From: a virus
IMG/VR virus record: IMGVR_UViG_3300046740_000431
Location: 28,027-92,026 of that record
DNA length: 64,000 nucleotides
Reading direction: 5' to 3' (one strand)
This document shows positions 1-7,756 of this stretch, in pieces. Position 1 is the first letter of the stretch, and every line of letters starts with the position of its first letter. The notes beneath the pieces are model-generated. The model did not search any database, was not told the DNA's origin, and saw only the letters and a list, made by a program, of their open reading frames with translations. The position numbers and the translations under genes are program-made.

Positions 1-62
1 TTACAGCCGGCTTGCGCGCGATGCCGAGGGGCGTAGACGTTGGCCTTGCGGCCCAAGAGATG

Positions 63-105
63 ACCAGCCGGGGTTTCCCCGTTGGTTCCCCGGCTGGTTC
101 TGTCG

Positions 106-107
<2 letters not shown>
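63..107 (+). terminator. GC-rich hairpin, probable intrinsic terminator
   Basis: 11-bp perfect inverted repeat ACCAGCCGGGG (63-73) / CCCCGGCTGGT (88-98) followed by TCTGTCGTT; also lies just 3' of the minus-strand tRNA. Confidence 0.5.
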
Positions 108-179
<72 letters not shown>

Positions 180-347
180 GGTGACGTTGTAGCCGTGGGG
201 AGGCGAGATGTCCAGCTCGAGGCCAGGCAGGACGCGGGTCGTAGGCGCTCACGCGACACCAAGCGTCCAGCCGCCGCCGGTCCGCTACGTCGGTGATGTC
301 GCGGTGAGCCGACGATCCGCCCGCTGGATCAAGATCCAGAACGGGGG

Positions 348-680
348 ATGCGAAACCACGAAGCCCCGGCACGCGGGCCGCACATCGGACCGATCGCCGA
401 CTCACTGCTGCTTCCGCCCTACAAGCCCCAGTCGGATCAACCTCGGTTCCCGTGCACGGCCAGGGTCGTGGTTGCGCGGACGATCCCTGATGAGCACGGC
501 GACCCGATCACCTACCGCGTGCGCACCACCGGCGAGGACTGGTGGTTGAGCGCGACGCTGCGCGGGTTCCGCGCGAGCGCCATGTTGCACACGGTGAGCG
601 AGCGCCGCGCCACGATCTGGATGCTGGCGATCAAGAACGGCATGATCGGGATCGGCGATGCCGGTCAGTGGCCGGCTTGA
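348..680 (+). CDS. hypothetical protein
   Basis: 110-aa ORF with protein-like composition filling the gap between tRNA and terL region. Confidence 0.4.
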   Translation: MRNHEAPARGPHIGPIADSLLLPPYKPQSDQPRFPCTARVVVARTIPDEHGDPITYRVRTTGEDWWLSATLRGFRASAMLHTVSERRATIWMLAIKNGMIGIGDAGQWPA

Positions 681-695
681 CGGCGACGTCGGCGG

Positions 696-899
696 TCAGG
701 CTCTGACGAAGTCGCCGCTTCGATATTCGCCGTGATCGAAGCCCTCGTGCCGCACCCCACCGTGCGAGACCAGCCCGTCGTCCTGGTAGCACCGACATCC
801 GCCCTTCTCGACCTCGTCGCACCGGCAGCCCGGCCAGCGCGGAACCTGCGGAGCGCGCGGCGTCAGGTCGAGCTGGCCTTCGCGGACCCGGCCGCTCAC
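696..899 (-). CDS. small hypothetical protein
   Basis: GTG start overlaps terL stop (GTGA); contains CRC..CRC. Confidence 0.3.
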   Translation of the reverse strand: MSGRVREGQLDLTPRAPQVPRWPGCRCDEVEKGGCRCYQDDGLVSHGGVRHEGFDHGEYRSGDFVRA

Positions 900-2407
900 G
901 TTCGCCGCCGTCTCGAGGTGACGCCAGCCGGGGCCGCCGCCATGCGCGCGCCCTCGCGAGCGATCCACGTGGCCATGAGCCGATCCCCTGTGTGGCTCTT
1001 GGGGTCGTAGCGGAGCATCTCGTCGAGCAGCTTGCGGACCTCGGCGTTCATCGACGCCTGGAGCATCTGCGGCCCGAGGCGGGCGGCGCCGCGGTTAGGG
1101 ATGATCCACTTCCCGGCGGAGAACTCGATCGCGAGCGACTCGATCCCGTAGCTCGGATCGTACTTGTTCTTCCCCGTGTAGAACGCCTTGACCGGGACCG
1201 CGGTCTGGTCGTTGACGAACTGCTTGAGCATCCGCTGCTGGCCGTTGCTCTCGACGACCACGAGGGAGTTGTAGCGCTGGTTCACGTCCTTGATGCGCGA
1301 GACGATCTCGGGGCCTCCCCAGCGCCCGGCCTCGATGTTGAGCAGCTGGCGCGCCTGGTCCTTCTCGCGCACCGCGATCGTCACCAGGGCCGTCTCGTCG
1401 CCCGTCGTCGCCTTGGTCACCGCCAGGTCGACGCCGGTCACCGTGCGGTATCCCGCGGGGACCACGACCAGCGAATAGGCGAGCTCGATGCCGTCCCCGT
1501 TGAGGAGCGCCGCGCGCAGGTAGTCGAGCTTGAAGCGCCGGTCCGCGTCGGCGACCGGGTCGCAGAACAGCGAGCGCCGGGACTCGATGGGGCCGCGGTC
1601 CTCGATCGCCTTCTCGATGCGCTCGAGCGGCCACACCGACGGCCAGCTGGAGACCCCGTCCTGCAGCACGGGGTACTTGCGGGCGAAGGTGTTCGCCTCC
1701 GCCGCGTAGCGGTGCATGGCGTCGTCGGGGTGCCAGGCGTTGCCGATGAACCAGAGCCTGCCGTGTGCCGTGCGCCGCCCCTCGATCGTGCTCTTGAGCC
1801 AGCCGTAGTACTTCTCGCGCAGGTGGTCGCTGTGCGTGTTCACCGCGTCGAGGTAGTCGTCGATGATGATCAGGTCGTAGCGGCCGCCGAGCACGGATCC
1901 GCCGAACCCGGCCGCCTGGACCGTCGGATCCTTCGAGCGCGTGGCGCGCCGGACGATGAAGGCGTCCGCCTGCCACATCCCGGTGGTGTCGCTCTTGTCG
2001 GGCACGACGCCCGGGAAAACCATCCGGTACTCGATGGAGTTCTCGATGTAGTTCTTGATCGACTTGACGATCTTCTTCGGCCCGCCGGCGGCGCTCGCCA
2101 GGATCAGGATGCGGATGTTCGGGTTCCGGCCGATCTCCCAGAGCGTCCGGCCGACCGAGATCCCCGAGGTCTTCCCGGCCTCGGTGTGGGTCCAGATGAC
2201 CACGCGCGGGTGCTTGTCGAGGACGTCGTGCCAGTCCTCGTGCATCGGCGCGAGCTCGATGGGTAGGTTGGTCTCCTCGTCGCGGAGCACGAATTGGCAG
2301 AACACCACCGGGTCCGTGCGCGAGACCTCGGCGAGCTTGGCGAGCGCCGGCCCCAGCGTCTGCGCGGCCGCGATGGCCTTCGCGTGCGGCCGGGTGTCAG
2401 TTCGCAT
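896..2407 (-). CDS. terL: terminase large subunit
   Basis: Walker A-like HTEAGKT, Walker B DLIIIDD, coupling motif IGNAW, RNase H-like nuclease motifs TGVDLA, VVESNG, GDRLMA. Confidence 0.92.
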   Translation of the reverse strand: MRTDTRPHAKAIAAAQTLGPALAKLAEVSRTDPVVFCQFVLRDEETNLPIELAPMHEDWHDVLDKHPRVVIWTHTEAGKTSGISVGRTLWEIGRNPNIRILILASAAGGPKKIVKSIKNYIENSIEYRMVFPGVVPDKSDTTGMWQADAFIVRRATRSKDPTVQAAGFGGSVLGGRYDLIIIDDYLDAVNTHSDHLREKYYGWLKSTIEGRRTAHGRLWFIGNAWHPDDAMHRYAAEANTFARKYPVLQDGVSSWPSVWPLERIEKAIEDRGPIESRRSLFCDPVADADRRFKLDYLRAALLNGDGIELAYSLVVVPAGYRTVTGVDLAVTKATTGDETALVTIAVREKDQARQLLNIEAGRWGGPEIVSRIKDVNQRYNSLVVVESNGQQRMLKQFVNDQTAVPVKAFYTGKNKYDPSYGIESLAIEFSAGKWIIPNRGAARLGPQMLQASMNAEVRKLLDEMLRYDPKSHTGDRLMATWIAREGARMAAAPAGVTSRRRRT

Positions 2408-3056
2408 CGCCGGCCGGGGTCGGCGGGATCTCGTCGTGGCCCTGGTCGTCGTCGACCTCGACGGCGCTCGCGTCTACCACTGGCGGCGGGACCGGCGAAC
2501 TCGCGAGCGACTTCCTCCGCTGGGCCAGCTCGATGGTCGCCTGGGCGTGGGCGACGATGCGCGCGGCTTCCTCGGCCGATGCCGGCTCGATTCCGGTGGG
2601 GAGGAGGAGCGATCCGTCGTAGGCGTAGGCGCCGTCGATCCTGGCGATCTTGTCGGCCGCTGCCACCGCCGCGGTGATCAGCTGCGCCGCCTTGCTCTTG
2701 TTGGTGTCGTCCATCGCCAGCTTGGCCGCACGCTGGAACATCATGGTCAGCATCGCGCGGGTGCGCGCCTGCTTCCGGTTCTTGGGCGCCGCGACCTCAC
2801 CGTCGAGCGTCTCGAGCGCCCCGTTGAGGGCGGTCCTGGCCGCGGTGCGGCCGCATGCCCAGGTCTTCGGCTTACCGTCCGGGTTGGTGCCGGTGTGCTC
2901 CAGCCAGGTGATCACCTGGTCCGGGGAGTAGCCGAGGCCGAGCATCTCGCGAGCTCCGGCGAGGGCTAGCGCCTTCTGGGTGGCCTTCGGGACCGGGGCG
3001 GCGGGCGCCGGCAGCGCTGGGTCCGGCGGCCCGCTGGGCGTCTCGTCATCGGCCAC
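2397..3056 (-). CDS. putative terminase small subunit
   Basis: Helical ~220-aa protein directly upstream of and overlapping terL; start placed at GTG 3056, 7 nt after TGnTATCGT (track start 3065 also possible). Confidence 0.55.
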   Translation of the reverse strand: MADDETPSGPPDPALPAPAAPVPKATQKALALAGAREMLGLGYSPDQVITWLEHTGTNPDGKPKTWACGRTAARTALNGALETLDGEVAAPKNRKQARTRAMLTMMFQRAAKLAMDDTNKSKAAQLITAAVAAADKIARIDGAYAYDGSLLLPTGIEPASAEEAARIVAHAQATIELAQRRKSLASSPVPPPVVDASAVEVDDDQGHDEIPPTPAGDAN

Positions 3057-3095
3057 ATCTGGCACGATATCACGGGCCGCGTCGGATAACGGAGG

Positions 3096-3464
3096 TCAGT
3101 ACGGGATGGCCACCGCCATCGCCTGGACGACAGCCAGGAAGATGTCGTCCTTCGCTCGCTGCTCGGGTGGGAGCTGCGCATACGGGACGATACACGGGTG
3201 CTCCTTGGTGTCGGCGTTCTTGACCGGACCGTGCTTCCATCCGTCGGCTTGCTTGTTCCTGACCCATGACTCGTGCAGCTGCTCGGGCGTGTCGCCGACG
3301 AGCACGCGGGCCACGCCGTCGAGCGCGCTCGTGCGCTGCCACGCGGGCGCTTCGTCCCACCCGACCTGCGAGGTGTCGCCCATGGCGATGCAGTAGGCGC
3401 GATTGGCCTCGTGCGCGGCGCGCGCGCACGCGGTGAGGCGATGATCGATCTGTGTGTTCTCCAT
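3096..3464 (-). CDS. RyR (ryanodine-receptor repeat) domain protein
   Basis: AHEANRAY...LHESWVRNKQADGWKHGPVKNADTKEHPCIVPYAQLPPEQRAKD is the RyR-domain signature; start re-assigned to MENTQ. Confidence 0.88.
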   Translation of the reverse strand: MENTQIDHRLTACARAAHEANRAYCIAMGDTSQVGWDEAPAWQRTSALDGVARVLVGDTPEQLHESWVRNKQADGWKHGPVKNADTKEHPCIVPYAQLPPEQRAKDDIFLAVVQAMAVAIPY

Positions 3465-3499
3465 CGACGGCACGCTATCACGGGCGTGCCCGGTAAAGG

Positions 3500-3892
3500 T
3501 CACACCAGATCGTCGGAGACCAGCTGGTCGGCGCTGCGCCAACCCTGCCCGCGCGCGCCGCCAGCCAGCACCCATGCCACAACCGGCACCGCGTCGATCG
3601 CCACCTTACCGTAGGGCGGCGCGCCGTCGTCGAACACGTACAGCTCGACAGGCGGGACGCCGAGCGCCCGGGCATCGGCGATCCCGAAGTAGCGGAACGC
3701 GCCGCGATCGGCGATCTCGGCGAGCTCGCGCTCGACCGCTCTCGTGCACGTCGCCATCAGGTCGGCGGTGAGATCTCGACCGGCGTACGGTGTCATCGCG
3801 TGGACCGCGCAGAACCTGACCAGCTGGTCGAGCGGTCCGCGCGCCAGATCCCGGCGGCCACGCGCCAGCTTGCGCCTGATCGTCGAGATCAC
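3500..3892 (-). CDS. hypothetical protein
   Basis: C-terminal part of track ORF 3500..4312; GTG start coupled to the upstream stop. Confidence 0.5.
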   Translation of the reverse strand: MISTIRRKLARGRRDLARGPLDQLVRFCAVHAMTPYAGRDLTADLMATCTRAVERELAEIADRGAFRYFGIADARALGVPPVELYVFDDGAPPYGKVAIDAVPVVAWVLAGGARGQGWRSADQLVSDDLV

Positions 3893-4296
3893 TTCGGCCG
3901 CTTCCCCGGCCGCCACGGGAACACCTCGACCGGCTTGTGGCGGGCCACCATGCGGATGCACATGTCCGCGGTCCCGCTCGAGCGAGCGTCCCAGAACAGC
4001 AGCGCCGCGTCTCCGATCTCGGCCATCTGCCGGTTGCGCATCTTGGGGGCCAGCCACTTGCTGTGCTGGGAGATCATCCGGGGCGTGATCGGGCAGGGGA
4101 TCACCACTTTGCCGCGGGCCTCCGCCCAGGCCTTGCCGCAGAGGTCGGCGCCGCGAGCCAGCCCGCAGACCACGTGGGTCCACTCGCCGGGGACCCAGAG
4201 CAGACCAGTCGGATCGAGCTTGGAGATCGTCTCGTCGATCTCCTCGATCGACGGGTAGACGGTCTGGCTTCCGGCGATGATGACCGAGCGTATCAC
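3889..4296 (-). CDS. SLOG superfamily protein (YspA/DUF2493-like)
   Basis: VIIAGS, VVCGLARGADLCG, RNRQMA, LLFWD..S.GT motifs. Confidence 0.85.
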   Translation of the reverse strand: MIRSVIIAGSQTVYPSIEEIDETISKLDPTGLLWVPGEWTHVVCGLARGADLCGKAWAEARGKVVIPCPITPRMISQHSKWLAPKMRNRQMAEIGDAALLFWDARSSGTADMCIRMVARHKPVEVFPWRPGKRPK

Positions 4297-4577
4297 TTTG
4301 GTAGCCTATCAAGCCTGTTGATTGCCTGGGACCGCGTTATCCAGGCATCACCGGTCCACACGCGACATCGGCACCCGCCCGGATCTGCAGCTCGTCCGCT
4401 GCTGTGTGGACACGTCGCACTGTCGGCGAACAGGATCGAGTCCCACGGGGCGAACACGCTGCCACGCATCCTGAACACTGGCTCCCATCCCTCGCCGGAC
4501 ACGTCCCTGTCCCAAAGCACGGCTGCAAGAGGAAATTTGTCGCCGACCTCGCTGATAGTCATGCCGCTCTGGTTCAC
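4293..4577 (-). CDS. hypothetical protein
   Basis: 4-nt overlaps with both neighbours. Confidence 0.45.
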   Translation of the reverse strand: MNQSGMTISEVGDKFPLAAVLWDRDVSGEGWEPVFRMRGSVFAPWDSILFADSATCPHSSGRAADPGGCRCRVWTGDAWITRSQAINRLDRLPK

Positions 4578-5185
4578 GCCGACTTGCTCTTGGCACCCTC
4601 GAGCGAGCGCCGGTGGAACTCCTCAGCGGTGTAGCGGCGCCATGCCGGCTTGGAGATACGACATGGCATCGTAGCTGGCCCTCGGCCGATGCGGTGGACG
4701 CCGTCAGCGACGAATGCAACTCCTGCCTCGCAGAGGCCGCAGCGAACGGATTCCTCGTACAACCACACCTCGGCGATGAACCCGACGTCGAGGATCATCC
4801 CTGAGCACGACGGGCACGACGGTGGCCCGCCTGGCATCACGAGGCCGTCAGTGCCGATCTTGACGTGCACTAGGCCGCAGCTGCCGGGAAGCGGCGGACC
4901 ACCGTAGGCCGGCGGCGTGAGCATCGCCTCGTGGATCGCGCGGACCTCGGCGTGCTGGCAGATCGAGCCGCACCGCTTGCGGCAGTCATCGGTCCCGGTG
5001 CAACGGAAGTCTCCGGGCGGGCCGTTGTACCCACCACCCTTGCACGTCGCGAAGCGCTCGAGCGTGAACACCGAGGCGCCGCGGTTGCTCTTGATGCAGC
5101 CACCTGACCTCTGCCTGCCCTGGCGGGCTTCCTCCTCGGCGCGCGAGATCGAGTCACTTGGCGGTCTCGGTGATTTGTCGTTCAT
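4574..5185 (-). CDS. Cys-rich hypothetical protein
   Basis: Multiple CxxC/CxxxC motifs; TAGATT 8 nt upstream of ATG. Confidence 0.5.
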   Translation of the reverse strand: MNDKSPRPPSDSISRAEEEARQGRQRSGGCIKSNRGASVFTLERFATCKGGGYNGPPGDFRCTGTDDCRKRCGSICQHAEVRAIHEAMLTPPAYGGPPLPGSCGLVHVKIGTDGLVMPGGPPSCPSCSGMILDVGFIAEVWLYEESVRCGLCEAGVAFVADGVHRIGRGPATMPCRISKPAWRRYTAEEFHRRSLEGAKSKSA

Positions 5186-5215
5186 GGCCCGCCAATCTAC
5201 AGCGAGCCGCGGAGA

Positions 5216-5593
5216 TCAGCGAGCGAGATCCTCGACCTCGATCACGATGGCGTCGAGGTCGTCGTCGATCACCTCGATCACTCGACCGCCCGGATCGTGA
5301 TCGTCGCCCACGTCCTCGATCTTGCCGAGCTCGGCGACCAGGAACCTGGCGAGCGCGTCGACGTCACCGTCGCTCACCCCGCGGGGACCGCGGCGCACGA
5401 TCTCGCTGGCGATCCAGCGTGCCTCGGCGCGTCCGGGTGTCGGCCTGATGCTGTAGGGCTTTGTCACGGGCTCGGGGAGCACGACCGTGTGCGACTCGGT
5501 CTCGAACTCACCTGACACCACCGACAGCCGGCGGTTGTAGGATCTGGTCTCGATGTCCGGGACCGCCGGCGGCGGGTCGTCCGGGGTCCTCAC
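5216..5593 (-). CDS. hypothetical protein
   Basis: Coupled GTG start; acidic C-terminus. Confidence 0.45.
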   Translation of the reverse strand: MRTPDDPPPAVPDIETRSYNRRLSVVSGEFETESHTVVLPEPVTKPYSIRPTPGRAEARWIASEIVRRGPRGVSDGDVDALARFLVAELGKIEDVGDDHDPGGRVIEVIDDDLDAIVIEVEDLAR

Positions 5594-5850
5594 CGCAGAC
5601 CGATGGAGTAGATCCCGGCCAGCGCACAGGCGTCGCGGTCCGGCTCGAACGGACGCCACTGGCCGGGCGGCTGCTTGTCGGCCTGGTCGGCGCTACGCCA
5701 GAACACCTCGAGCTCCGTCTCGGCCCGCTCCGCCCTCGAGATCGCCGCGTCCCGCTCGGCGATCAGCGTGGCGATCGGCGAGGACGGGAAGCTCTCGATC
5801 GCGGACGCCCCGGTGCTGATCCCGCCAAGCGTGATGTCGTCGGTCGTCAC
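5590..5850 (-). CDS. hypothetical coiled-coil protein
   Basis: Coupled GTG start; LIAERDAAISRAERAE coiled coil. Confidence 0.45.
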   Translation of the reverse strand: MTTDDITLGGISTGASAIESFPSSPIATLIAERDAAISRAERAETELEVFWRSADQADKQPPGQWRPFEPDRDACALAGIYSIGLR

Positions 5851-6173
5851 TGGATCCCGCCCGCCTCGCGCACCATGCGATCGAACTCGTCCTCGTGCTT
5901 GGCACAGAAGACCGGCTCCTCGTGACCGGCCTTGGCCAGCTCGGCCTCGCACCCCGGCTCCCTGCACAAACCGAGGTCGGCGCGGGCGACGTGGAGCTTG
6001 CCGTCGATCGCCCGCTGACACACCCCGGCCGGGTCGAGCAGGATGGCGGCATCGCCGATCAGGTCGGCCTCGGCGGCGACCAGCGAGTCTGGAGCGTCGC
6101 TGTCGAGCAGCTGCTGCAGGCGCGCCACCCGCGTGACGATCAGACCCCTCGCGTGAGCTTCGATCTTCCCCAT
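5847..6173 (-). CDS. hypothetical protein
   Basis: ATG 7 nt after a -10 box; CxxxxC..CxxH motif. Confidence 0.55.
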   Translation of the reverse strand: MGKIEAHARGLIVTRVARLQQLLDSDAPDSLVAAEADLIGDAAILLDPAGVCQRAIDGKLHVARADLGLCREPGCEAELAKAGHEEPVFCAKHEDEFDRMVREAGGIQ

Positions 6174-6180
6174 GCCAAAG

Positions 6181-6253
6181 ACCGTACACACGAGAATCCC
6201 CTAAGTCAACCACCAGGTATCAGCTTGACCATTGGTGCACGCGGACACACCAT
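6181..6253. promoter_or_regulatory. back-to-back sigma70-type promoters, both leaderless
   Basis: Minus: TTGACT(6209-6204)-17 bp-TACGGT(6186-6181)-7 nt-ATG 6173. Plus: TTGACC(6225-6230)-17 bp-CACCAT(6248-6253)-7 nt-ATG 6261. Confidence 0.65.
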
Positions 6254-6260
6254 CCTTGGC

Positions 6261-6404
6261 ATGGCCCAACCATGTTGCCGATGCCGGGAATCACCCGCCC
6301 TGGCCAACTCTTCGATGTGCCGCTCCTGTTGGCAGGGTTGGTGGTGCGCGGTCGCCGACCTGTCGCGTCTCAGGATCTCCGAGCGGAGGTCGGCCGAGTC
6401 GTGA
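6261..6404 (+). CDS. small Cys-rich (Zn-finger-like) protein
   Basis: MAQPCCRC...MCRSC, 47 aa, follows the plus-strand promoter. Confidence 0.45.
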   Translation: MAQPCCRCRESPALANSSMCRSCWQGWWCAVADLSRLRISERRSAES

Positions 6405-6823
6405 GGGTAGCCGCGCTGGTCGTCGCGCTCGCTGGATGCTCCGGCACGTGGGGATCTGCCAGGCATGGCACAACGGCGGCGATGATCGCGAGCTCGGCGG
6501 CGGTCGCCTGCGACGTCGGCGGGACGATCTGGATGAGCCACAGCGGCAGGTACGACCGGATGAGCGACAGGGGCTACCAGCTCGCGGAGATGAACCCGCT
6601 CCTCGGCCACGAGCCGAGCCCGGCGACGCTCGTCGGGGCTGCCGTCGCGGTGATCGGCCTCAACTACGCCGTGCTAGAGTCGCCGCTACCAGCCTGGGTC
6701 AAGTCCGGCTGGTTCGGCGTGCTGGGCGCGGCAGAGGCGTACACCCTGGCTGGTAACGCTCGGTGGACCGGAGCCTGCGGGGTGGCCTGGACGCACGATG
6801 CCGGGATCTTTCCTGCCAGGTGA
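6401..6823 (+). CDS. putative membrane lipoprotein
   Basis: N-terminal lipobox VALAG-C, further hydrophobic helices, EMNPLL motif; GTG coupled to the upstream stop. Confidence 0.6.
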   Translation: MRVAALVVALAGCSGTWGSARHGTTAAMIASSAAVACDVGGTIWMSHSGRYDRMSDRGYQLAEMNPLLGHEPSPATLVGAAVAVIGLNYAVLESPLPAWVKSGWFGVLGAAEAYTLAGNARWTGACGVAWTHDAGIFPAR

Positions 6824-7114
6824 CAGGGCGTCCGGCAGCGGGATCCCGGCGATCTGCAGGTGATCCCCGGGCGAGAAGTCGTACCGCAGCGGCCTGCCGA
6901 TCTTGAGCTGCGTGGTGCCGGCGCCGAACTCCGTCTCCCATGCGCGGGCCAACCCACGGGCTACGGTCCACGAATCCACTGGGCCGATCGCGTACGCCCG
7001 CGGATCACGCACACGGGCGTCTACGACTCTGACGAGCAGGTACCACTGCTCACCGTGACGGAGCTTGGCTCCTCGTCGTCTGGCGTTTCTGCCCTGCCTT
7101 GATTCAGCGGTCAC
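6686..7114 (-). CDS. hypothetical protein
   Basis: TAATAT 6 nt before GTG; 3' end overlaps the convergent gene. Confidence 0.35.
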   Translation of the reverse strand: MTAESRQGRNARRRGAKLRHGEQWYLLVRVVDARVRDPRAYAIGPVDSWTVARGLARAWETEFGAGTTQLKIGRPLRYDFSPGDHLQIAGIPLPDALSPGRKDPGIVRPGHPAGSGPPSVTSQGVRLCRAQHAEPAGLDPGW

Positions 7115-7133
7115 GCGTGCATATTACGCCAGA

Positions 7134-7454
7134 TCACGGCGGCAGGATGCGGAGGGTCTCTGGCACGCGGAACGTCTGGGGCCGTCCGTCGGGCGACAGC
7201 CCGTGGAACAGCACCTCGTAGTCGCCGGGGATGTCGGTCTCGCCCGGCGACCAGTCGTGCCGGAGCTCGCCGACGCTCGACCCGACGGCCGACCCGGTGA
7301 GGATGACCGGCCCCAGGAGCTGGAACGTCAGCGTCCACCCGGTGAAGTCGAACCGGCCATCGATCCCGGTGACATCGGCGAAGTACGCCGGCAGCAAGTC
7401 GCCCTGGGTGATCTCGATCGGGGCGCTCGAGCTGGAGCAGGAGAAGCAGGTCAC
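7134..7454 (-). CDS. BppU N-terminal-like virion adaptor protein
   Basis: ITQGD.LP, FDFTG.T.TF, G.L.HDW..GETD.PG.YE.F pattern. Confidence 0.6.
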   Translation of the reverse strand: MTCFSCSSSSAPIEITQGDLLPAYFADVTGIDGRFDFTGWTLTFQLLGPVILTGSAVGSSVGELRHDWSPGETDIPGDYEVLFHGLSPDGRPQTFRVPETLRILPP

Positions 7455-7496
7455 GGCGCCCCTACGGTAACACGCCGGGTCGACGCGGTCGTAGGG

Positions 7497-7730
7497 TCAC
7501 TCGTTGCGGGCGATCGACGCGTTCGCCTGCATGACGCAGGTCTCGAGGCTGGTGAGCGCCAGCGACTGCTCGCGCGAGACCGGAGTCTCGGACGCGATCA
7601 GGATCGCCAGCTCGCGGGCCTTGTCGCGGATCGCCTGGTAGCGGGGCAGCTGGTCGTCCTTCGGGGCGTGGTAGACGAACGCGCTGTCGATCTGGGCGGT
7701 GACCTTGTCGGTCGGCGTGTACTTGGGCAT
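7497..7730 (-). CDS. Acb2/Tad1-like helical-hairpin anti-defence sponge candidate (77 aa)
   Basis: FVYHAPKDDQLPRYQAIRDKARELA...TPVSREQSLALTSLETCVMQANASIARNE; it is the C-terminal end of track ORF 7497..8333, with ATG at 7730. Confidence 0.78.
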   Translation of the reverse strand: MPKYTPTDKVTAQIDSAFVYHAPKDDQLPRYQAIRDKARELAILIASETPVSREQSLALTSLETCVMQANASIARNE

Positions 7731-7756
7731 GCGGCGGACGCTACACCGCCGGTCGA

